Below are positions 53,854 through 64,000 of a stretch of DNA of 64,000 nucleotides, piece after piece. The notes beneath the pieces are model-generated. The model had not been told where the DNA came from, searched no databases, and saw only the letters and a program-made list of their open reading frames with translations. The DNA is taken from the NCBI GenBank assembly GCA_951406725.2, contig OX597828.1, forward strand, positions 6,014,001 to 6,078,000, in the 5' to 3' direction. Position numbers and translations under genes: made by a program. Position 1 is the stretch's first letter. Every line of letters starts with the position of its first letter. The stretch is from Octopus vulgaris. Taxonomy: Eukaryota.

Positions 53854-55024
53854 TACATATATTAATAATAGTAACTATTGGCAGTATATATTGCAAATAG
53901 CGTATACACTCCTTTGTGAGCGTTTATGATGTGATCATGAAAACTTAACAGTGACTGCCCAGTTCACTGAGGGTGTGTACTACAAAGCAGACTGGTGTCC
54001 AAAATTAGGAACAGCCACATCATCAGCAACAGTATCTGCAGCAGCAACGAAAGGACACATACAAGGAAATGTGTTGGAACAACAGACAGACCCCATTGAA
54101 TCGAGGTAAGCAACCGCGCGTCCTGCCGCTAATCTTTTGAGTTTAAAGCTGTTTTTCTCCACTTGAAGTTAATTCTTATGTACAACGATTGAATAAAATA
54201 TGAATATCCTTTCGTCTCTATATCTATGTTAGCGGGGTCAAAATTACTTGGCGTTAGTAATTAGTAATCATAGTCCTATAATTAGAACTATATCTGTACT
54301 GGGGCGTCCTGAGAGACAACCTAGATAGTTAGATATAACTGTAGATTTCCCTGCACTTCTAGAGAAATACGTGTCTCATTAAGTGATATTATAAACGTAT
54401 ATGAGTGTCTGCTCGTCTGTCTGTTTGTCTGTATGTCTGTCTGTCTGTATGTATGTTTGTATGTATGCATATATGTATGTCTTCAATTTTTAATGATTTA
54501 AATTCTTCCTTTGAAGAAGGAGCTGATAGATGTGTATATGTAGGTATACATGTATTTACGTATTATGTACGTATGCATGTGTGCGTATGTGTGTGTGCGT
54601 ATGTGTGTGTGCGTATGTGTGTGTGCGTGTTTGTTTGTGTTTCAAACATTTCTTTATGTATATTAGGGATCGCATTAGCGTATGCTTATGTGTGCGTGTG
54701 TGAATATATGTCTATACATGTGTCCATTCCCTGTGTGTGTATGTTCATGCGCACATGTGTGTACCGCTATGTATGCGAATGTGTACACTTTCACAAAAGC
54801 AACGATAGCGGTAAAGGATAAGCTTCGCCTTCTCAGATGCGTTCTTTGTTTGGGGAAGTGAAGAATTATTAAGAATCATCAATATCCAATGTTTAGAGAT
54901 AAAATGGATACGGATTTCTCAATCCACATCTTGCCGACAAAGGAACGCTGTCTTTAATCCAGGCGCATAAGTTTCATCATGTTTGATCTCCCCCACCAAA
55001 TCCACACACTCTCTCTCTCTCTTC

Positions 55025-55086
<62 letters not shown>

Positions 55087-55999
55087 TTCTTGTTTTTCTC
55101 TTGTTCTCTGACGTTTCCTACACACCCTATCCTTCTTTCCCATCGCCGTTTGATATGTGGTATTACGGACCTATATGTTAGCATCAGACCTCGCATAATT
55201 TTATTACCAGAAGACTGTAAATGTTGGTAAACATCAAACAGTCTTAGTGTGTGCTCGCTTGTATGTGTGTGTGTGTGTGTGTGAATCTCTATACTATGTG
55301 TGTATGTTTCACTTTGGAGAACACACGCGCACACACACACATTATGAATAGCTTCATGCTTATACAGACGCATGTATGAGTGAATATACATACCTATGTG
55401 TGCGTGTGAGTGTGTGTCCGTGTGTCCGTGTGTGTGTGTGTGTATACGTATATGCATTGGTGCTTGTGTGTGTGTTTTTCGTAAGAAAACAGATGTATAA
55501 TTCAGCTTAAGCGTTTAATGCGGAGACATCCGGATCACAGCAGTGAATACACAAGATCAGGTATAGTACAGAAATCTATACTGTGCTACATATATATATC
55601 ATCTATGATTTAAAATGAAGCAATATTATTCCTGTCTTTCAGATACTTAATACTATTAAATTGTATACAACCGTAATAAGAGAAATTAACCTACTGTGAT
55701 ACAATGCATTTTCTTCACTTAATTTATTAGCAGAGATTACAGCACACATTGAAATACGGCTCCCCACCTCCCGCAACCTCATCCTCCACAATTTTCTCCT
55801 TTTTCTTCTTCCTCTTCTTTTTATTTTTCGTCTTCTTTTGCAAGCATCTTAAAATCGACATGCGTTACATCAAACCGTGTCAGAATAGCGGCCCCTTATT
55901 AGTTTTTGCACACACACAAATTCATGTTGTGCATTCTGCTTATAACATTAGCTTGATTGAACGCTCTTCGGCCTATATTTGAGTGGACTAATCTCTAAA

Positions 56000-57060
56000 G
56001 TACAACATCTGCTATGACATGGTGCTTAGCACAGCCATTAGTGACCAGTTAAACGTAGTCTGCTTTGAGTCATAATAGTATATATTCGTGGAATGTATCC
56101 GTAAATCTTCTCTTGGGTCATGTGCTTACATGTGCTTTTGAACTCACAAAAGAAGCCTTGTGTAGGAAATATCAAGATGAACTTTATGTTACCTCATTAT
56201 ACATATTTCAGCTTTATGCAGAAGTTTGCTCCTTATACATGCTCTGAAAAAGACCAGCCTTGTACATTTAATTCCTAAAGTTTTTTGAAATTCTTGGCAG
56301 GCATTCCTAATTTGTTCATCCTGTGTATCAAGAGAGATTTCTTGCTGCGAGGACAATAGAACCCATGTCACTTAAAACTACTGAGTCCTTGAGTCTCAAA
56401 CCCTTGTTCGAACAAATTGAGGAAGAACCTGACTGGTGGCTTTCATGCTAATTGATAACAGTATACTCAATTTTTTGCATTCAGAAACAGAATAACTTTG
56501 CAACATTCTGAAGGAATGATAACATGACGACTGCATCCTAAGTTAATTAAGGGTGACGGCATGATCCTCAGCATAGCCAAGGGTACTATTAATGACGTGG
56601 ACACTCCTACTTTGTGGTGAAATACTTTTTTCCTGGGTATGATACAGACTGTGGTTGAGTAATCTTTAACATCCAGAAAGAGAAAAAGGATCTAGTGCGT
56701 CTCCCCAAATGATTCCTGTAACTGAAATCTCTTTCGCTGAAACGTTTGTGCTTTACACATATTCTGTAAGATGATTTTGCTTTTTTTTTTTCATGACGGT
56801 TGATTGCTTTGACTAACTAAGCATAGAGTACTTACGTAACGTTGTTAAATTTAGTAAATGGCTTTCAGAGCGTAACGAATGCAATAGATGCCTCGTTCTT
56901 CTGAATCTTCTCAGGAATATATCAGCATCAGTCTTGATGTATGCCATTTTGTTTCCATCCTCTGATGGATCCTGTATTAATAGAATAGATTAGGGAACCG
57001 AATGTTGTATACTCCTCTGGCTGCATTGTTCATTTTTGGTAGTGGTGAAGTGAGTGATGA
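56000..57060 (-). pseudogene. Highly degenerate LINE reverse transcriptase remnant (RTE-like)
   Basis: Minus strand encodes GIIWGDALDPF (compare GV.QGD.L.P.LF) at about 56716 and LGYAEDHAV (compare YADD) at about 56580. Boundaries are approximate. Confidence 0.5.
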
Positions 57061-57120
57061 TTGCCTTTGAAAGTTAAATTTTGATTTTGAGAAGATGGCT
57101 TGTTTTCTTTATATATATAT

Positions 57121-57445
57121 GTTTTGGAGTCTAATAATACCATGTACGCCTATGAAGATTTACAAACATACTTTCCCAATGAAACTCGGTTTTTTCTCAA
57201 ACCTTTTATAATGTGATACAAGCCTTTGGTGTAGCAATTGTACGCGGCTGAAGAAGGTTTTTGATCTATTATGTCAATTATGCATTGATGTAAGAATAAT
57301 TTGTTCTATAAACCCGAAACATATGTGCCGCAAAATCCTTTGCGTCCTGTTTTTCATTTATTTCATTTGATACATATATCCTATCACCTATGCCACTATC
57401 TGGCATATACAGGTGCTTACATTTATCAAGTATTCACCCTAGATT

Positions 57446-57446
<1 letters not shown>
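57121..57446 (+). mobile_element. Family F1 element, diverged copy, TA-flanked
   Basis: Aligns to the minus strand of 15058-15250, including the tail ATATACAGGTGCTTACA.TTATCAAGTA.TCACCCT..ATTT. Confidence 0.8.
57244..57331 (+). ncRNA. Type-I hammerhead fold with GUG (predicted inactive) site
   Basis: GCGG-CTGAAGA-aGGTTT...AAACCc-GAAA-CATATG-TG-CCGC. Confidence 0.7.
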
Positions 57447-57502
<56 letters not shown>

Positions 57503-58432
57503 CCGACGAAATATAACAGAAGAGCTGACTCGTCCAGATGATGGCTGGAGATTTATCCAGACATGTCATCTTCTTTCTTAAGAACTTTATGCATATTTAA
57601 CATTTTCATTTGTAAATGGGCAAGTCTGGAGCTTCTAATTTGTGACCAAAGAAAATACTGTCGGACAGTTTGGTCTTACAAAGCACTGTTTCACTAATAA
57701 TTGCTGAGATCAGTCTCATCCTACGTTGGTCAGCTTGTTTCCATTGTCGAGATTGTCGAAGGCCTCAGTTTTGATCATGATGTCTGCTTCTAGTTTCTGA
57801 TTGTAAACTTTCAGGTAACGTGCAACGTGAGCTTAATAACCAATGGAGCTTTCAGTACTTCTAAGCAAGAGAACGAGACTGGTCTTTATGTATGTATTAT
57901 TTTGTTCATAAATATTTAGTGTTTGTTCTTGCCTCCTTAGTGGAAGGAAATATTAATTACCTCTCATAGCACTTGCTAATATTTGTCTGGCATTCGTTTG
58001 AAACAATTCTGTGATTAGCTTTAACACAATGAAAAGAATTATATAACCGTGGAATTTGGTTCATATCAGTCCACACAGTGCAGCTACACACAATCACATC
58101 GTTTGACCATTGGAACATCGAAACGTAAATATTAACTACTCAAGCCAGTGTTAATTAAGTGTCATGCTCGCATAACACCATCAGTATAGAAGGAAAACGG
58201 AAGAAACAAAATGACGCTCCTCCAGGAGATGGAACTATAACTTCTTTGACTGCATTGTATAGTGAAATGTACTGAACATGGCATGCTAGTTAGTCTTTTG
58301 GAAAGCCCAGCAAATAATATTGGCCCCCTACTACAATTCACTCGTCGAAAAGATAAATGCATTTGATTAAATACATGCGAACATGCATACATACATGCAT
58401 ACTTGTACGTGTCTGTGTAAGTGTCTGTTTCT

Positions 58433-58590
58433 GAAGTCGCGTGGCCTAGTGATTACGTAGTTGCACACACGATTTCCAGACAGGAGGTCCGATTTCCAGG
58501 CCAGACGGCGCGTTGTGTTCTTGTGCAAAACATTTTATTTCACTTTGCGCCCGTCCACTAAGATGTAAATAGATAACTCTTCGACGATTT
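58433..58590 (+). mobile_element. Degenerate tRNA-derived SINE head and core
   Basis: GTCGCGTGGCCTAGTGATT...GGTCCGATTTCC...GCGTTGTGTTCTTGTGCAAAACA resembles the head of 815-1110. Confidence 0.5.
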
Positions 58591-58727
58591 CCGATCACAG
58601 TGAATGTTAGCGTTATCACCTACCCAGCAGGTTGGCATCATTCGAACGATAAAACAATGCGAAGCCCTTTATGACGAGCGATGTATAAGAACATCCAATA
58701 ATCTGGTAAATACCATGATACCGTTTT

Positions 58728-58807
<80 letters not shown>

Positions 58808-59559
58808 TGTGGCAAATAGTCCGGTCTGCATTGGCATACAAACTCTTGCTTTGTTAAAGGAAGCACACCGTCGTGAAATTTGGTGTTCCGTAACTCTGTT
58901 TTAAAACAAACCAATCTTAAGAAGTGAAATAAGTCATAAGTTATCTAGATGTGGTTTCATCCTCCCTTTAATGTAGACCACAATTACTCATATTATCTAC
59001 AGGTTTTAATGCCATGTCATCTTAACTAGAATAAATTAACCTCTTCTTCTTTTCATATAATAATACATTTCTATTATTCTTTTTGTATAATAATATCTAT
59101 AATAATAGAAACGAATTTATGTTTGCCCCATGTGGACCCTGTATTACAGTCTACATTTGTTCTATATAGACATATATCTTTTTGGAATCAAGATGATTCC
59201 AGGATTGAAGATTTGCCCTTCATTTTGTTTTTAAAAATCCAGCATTGGGATCTGATCTAAAAGCATTTCGGTTGCTATTTCTAGAAAGTAAATCTTGGTT
59301 TATTCACGCTATCTTGGTTGGCGTTGGTCATGTGATGTTAGAGATGAAGGGGGATATCAATGACATTTGCTTCTTTAATTTTACTCTGAAGTTTGCGAGA
59401 ATTTGGCTGACAGAATTATAGTCATTATATAGTCATTATAGACGTATGGTAGTCGTTTTATTTAGCTCTCTTAAGTTTTGGGCAGCAGGAGCGAACCGAA
59501 ATTTCGCACAGAGTGCAGATTTTAAACTAGTAGTTAAACATTTTGCATCACTTGATATC

Positions 59560-60392
59560 ATCTATTGCATTCTCCCAAACAAGATAGCAAGCATACTCGA
59601 TGAAGGAATACCACAAAAGGAAGAGGCGAGATTTAATAAGCATGGGCTTTTCTGATGATATTATTTTGCACTCGAAAGATAGCAAGACGTTACAAGAGCT
59701 CATATCAGGATAGAAACAGGAAGCTACAAATATTGGTCTGAGAATCTCAATATAGAGAAAATCAAGACAATGAACATTAAACAACGATCCAAAAAATCAA
59801 TGGGCAAAATATTGAGACAGTAGATGGATACACCTATCTGGATAACGTTATGAATAACAATTGCGTCATGAGTAACGCTTACTATGGAATTGATAAAGGC
59901 GCTGCAGTCTCTCGGACAATTAGCGTTATCTTGGCTGGTCTTCTGCTATCATCGGCTTTCACACAAACATCCAGCTCTACAATAGCAGAGTTCTACAAAA
60001 TGTTCTGTTTGCTAGTGAGACATGAACGAGTACCGTGAAAATAAATAGAAAACTCGATGTATTTCTAGATGCTTTCTAAAATGAGCTAAAACATCTTAAA
60101 AAGGAGTGAAAACATTCTAAAAGGGCGCAGTCAAGGCCACATGATGAAATCATCTCAGAAGGAAGATTAAAAGTAGCAGATGACATACTGTGGTGACCAG
60201 AAAAACCCCATTCTAAAACTGCTTTCAAACGGATGCCATCGGAGTGAAAATTAAAGAGAGAAGTCCGAAATCTACATAGTATGACATGAGAGAGCTAATG
60301 TCATATAACGAGATGTGGAGACGAACGCATGGAATAGAGACAATTGGCGTCAACTCTTTGTAAACTTTGCTCAAGAGTGGAGGAGGAAATGA
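59560..60392 (+). pseudogene. RTE-like LINE, RT C-terminal half and 3' end
   Basis: GFSDDIILHSKDSKTLQEL...EATNIGLRI, KIKTM, ETVDGYTYL, RRLK, SPKST* and NRDNWRQL occur in RTE order. Confidence 0.7.
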
Positions 60393-62187
60393 TACTGTTT
60401 GTATTTCCCTGTACTCGATTATAAATCAATACCTTCTGGCTATTCGTCTTTATTATATCTCGTAGTTTTAATGGCCTAAATTTCAGCTTTAGTAGAACCT
60501 TTCATCTGTGGTTAAAATTTTGTAAACTTTACTAGTTATTTAGATCCTTCCGTTTAACTTTATACTGACCCTAATCATTCGTTAGAGAATAAACAATAAT
60601 CTAAAGAAAGCTGATTAATATCTAACCGTTATAAATATAGCACGGCCGTAAATGAAAACTAAACAAGAGGTCGTTACTGTTCAATACTAGTTGATGTTCA
60701 TATCAAGAGCACTTGTCTCTGACATTCTAATAGTGACATGTCAGATTTGATCAAAATAATGGATCGTAGACGTTCTGGCTGTTATCAGTTATTTAATAAT
60801 TAATTCTGACTTTTAAAAAAATCTATTTTGTTCAGTATGCTAGTCAATAGGGTGGGATTTAATGGTTATATGACTGTTGTTTTTAACAGGTCCAACGACA
60901 GCTAACAGTTCACTCTATGAATCTGTATTGAGCGCCCTTTTAATGGAAGGCAACCAATTATATTTAATAGAAACAGGGATATTTAATTCAGCCCTGTTGG
61001 TGGATCAATAACTTTTTAGAATAGAAGAGATCGGTCATTCATAACTGTAAATTATAATGAAAGTTAAATTTTCTCTTCATACTTCAGACTTATTGGCATT
61101 CAGTTAAATCTAGTTTCAGTAGCATATAAGTGACAGAGAACACAACTCTTCAGAGGGATACCATTTGACCGCAACCTTGAGCACCGGTTTCTGATCATAC
61201 TCGTTTCATATTAGCGGGGAAAAAATGCCTCGTTCAAAGACACAAACCATGGATTGATGAGGAAGTTGAACCCTCGGACCTACGCTCATGATCTGAGCTT
61301 GTCACATAGTCATGCGGCATCACAATGTGTAACAAGTTAATTCCCAGTGGTGTGTTGGATTATTTGAGCGTTGAGGATATAAATGTGATTATCTTGGATG
61401 CTGAGAGAAACAAATGACTGAATGTTTAGCAGTATCGACTAGCTGTAGCTATCTTGTAATTATATGTAGATGTTCTTTCATACACGTCTCCTGGATATGA
61501 TTGAAAATTATATAGACAAATATATACCTATGTGTACATATATACAAAACCACATACATATAACCCCGCACATTAAAGCGACACCTACACACGTGCATAT
61601 GTACATTTGTATGCATACAATATGTGTACGAATAGATACAACCATACACACACACTCACACGCATACACACATATATATATATATGCGTATATATATATA
61701 TATTTGTGTGTATGTGTAAATATATATGTATATATACATACATATGCATAAATATGTATATAGATTCACACACACGCACACAAACAAGCACGTACACACA
61801 TACACACACACACGCACACACACACATACCTTTATATATATGGATGCGTTCAGATTTAAAAACATACACATATAGTTTTGTGTATATAAGTATTTATATG
61901 TGAATATTTATGCGTGTATATCCATGTAAGCGAGAGTGTGTATATTAATCTCCGATTCATAAACATGAAAAGAGTTCCTCCATCTTTTTTTCATTAAATT
62001 CACCAATCTTCTCAGCATATATTGGTTTCCAAACTAAACGAGAAAGAGGAGTCTTATCTCACTAATGTCTTTGATGTCTCAAAGACATTCAGTAATGTAA
62101 AATAATCTTAGTTGAATCATTACCGCTAGTCTACTAACTCATTTATCATACACTAACGAAATTGCTGATGCAGAAGCATTGTAATTC

Positions 62188-62241
<54 letters not shown>

Positions 62242-62287
62242 GTGCGCGCGCGCATGTGTGTGTGTGTGTAAGTGTGTGCGTGTGCGC

Positions 62288-62348
<61 letters not shown>

Positions 62349-62362
62349 CATGTATATGTACG

Positions 62363-62393
<31 letters not shown>

Positions 62394-62489
62394 ATGTGTG
62401 TGTGTGTTAGTGGGTGAGTGAATCTGTTATACATATTTACTAGTATGCGTATAAATATAAATGCACATATACATATATAAATGCAAGGC

Positions 62490-62529
<40 letters not shown>

Positions 62530-62571
62530 TATATACATACATATATACATCCATACATACACACATATATT

Positions 62572-62602
<31 letters not shown>

Positions 62603-63080
62603 CTTTATGTATGTATGTTTCATTGCCGCTGTGTATATATATATATATGCGCAGAGGCGTTCGTCTTCAAAATCGTCGTTTATTTCCTTAGCCATATCTG
62701 TCCAAATCTATTATTTTTAATTAGCTAAAGGAAGACATTTACTTTATTCTAATGACTTGTTTGTTTTACAGGGCATTGGAAACTGCTGCGACAGTTGAAT
62801 TGTGGAACATATTTTTATTCTTCTACTTTAACAGGTTTGCTACTTAAAATGTTAGCGAATTGCCCTCATTCATACGAGATTTGCTACAATCCTTAATAAT
62901 ATTGCGTCCTCTTGAGAGTATTGATATTTCTCTATTCAAAAGCAATTATGCCTGTATATGCGTATGTACTTGTATATCACTATATATATATATATATATA
63001 ACTATATATGATTGTGTGTGTATGAGTGTGAGTATGTATGTGTGTGTGTCTATTTATGCATATATGTAAATATATGTGCG

Positions 63081-63111
<31 letters not shown>

Positions 63112-63241
63112 CTATCTATTTATCTCTCTATCTTTGTAAATATATTTATATATAATAAATTTTGTATATCTCAGTTTCCTTAGCAAAGGCCTATGTTCGT
63201 TGTATAAATCGCTGTATAGCTCAGCTGGAACACACGCACAG

Positions 63242-63314
<73 letters not shown>

Positions 63315-63365
63315 CATACATTCATGGATATATAAATATATACATATGTATACATGCATACATCC

Positions 63366-63491
63366 AGGCTTCTTTTACTTTCCCTCTACCAAATCCACTC
63401 ACAAGTCTTTTCCTAAAATTCTACGCTTTGGAACTGAACCAGAAAGCATATGCTACAGTAGCAGGCTTCTTACCACATAGCCATGCCTGCA
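63366..63491 (-). mobile_element. Main SINE, deleted 5' fragment
   Basis: CTACCAAATCCACTCACAAG...ACTGAACC...CTTACCACATAGCCATGCCTGC. Confidence 0.6.
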
Positions 63492-63943
63492 CATGTATAT
63501 ATGTATATATATGTATATATACATATACACACATGTTATATGTATATATATATACATGCAAACACGCATAAACACACATGTTTCTTGCATCGTATGACTA
63601 TCACCAATGGTAAAAGGGAAAGGCATTATAATGTGTTACTGGATTTCGCCTTGCTCTGTCTGAGTGCATTGATGGTCTGGGAAATGTAGACTTATAACAG
63701 TGTAACTCTGTCGAAAGTTATTCTATAACATATATCCTGTCTTCATTATCTACTAGCGTTTAAAAATATGTGCTTACACACACACACACACACTCATATA
63801 CATACGTATGTATATATATATATATATGAATGTATGTTTTTGTGCGTTTATATACATACATCTGTGTACATGTGTGTATATATATATTCAAAAGGCGTAT
63901 TCAAATAGAAACTGTCCCAAATCCTTCACAGTAAATAATATTA

Positions 63944-64000
63944 TTTTCAAATTTTGGCAAAAAGCCATCAATTTCGGGGGTGAGGCTAAGTTGATTATGC
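63944..64000 (-). mobile_element. Third-family SINE end, cut by window edge
   Basis: TTTCAAATTTTGGCA...CAATTTCGGGG...GGCTAAG, as at about 2703-2747. Confidence 0.45.

Noticed and set aside
62772-62834. Possible 63-nt exon (ttttacag|...AACAG|gtttgc)
   Set aside because: The donor is weak and there is no homology or neighbouring exon support.

Overview
AT-rich, microsatellite-saturated animal genomic DNA (intronic or intergenic). The dominant tRNA-derived SINE resembles a family I associate with Octopus genomes; this is inferred from recognition, not from a search. No intact host protein-coding gene can be supported, and almost all ORF-track entries are translations of (TA)n, (CA)n or (GA)n. 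Recognisable debris includes a Chapaev3-like DNA transposon, a Tc1/Tc3-like element, two mariner fragments, three RT-bearing LINE remnants (RTE-like), several SINEs, a small MITE and a fragment resembling the C-terminus of a Penelope-type GIY-YIG endonuclease. The main signal is about 15 short non-coding elements from about 8 sequence families, most abutting (TA)n tracts. They carry minimal type-I hammerhead ribozyme folds (stem I-CUGANGA-stem II-GAAA-palindromic stem III-UH-stem I). Many end in a shared GGU(G/A)...(C/U)ACC stem-loop and are often integrated as fold-back inverted repeats. Two loci show head-to-tail, circularly permuted units of about 490 and 535 nt. Together this looks like a retrozyme-like system of non-autonomous, Penelope-dependent, microsatellite-targeting elements. 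Folds and alignments were done by eye; element boundaries are approximate.
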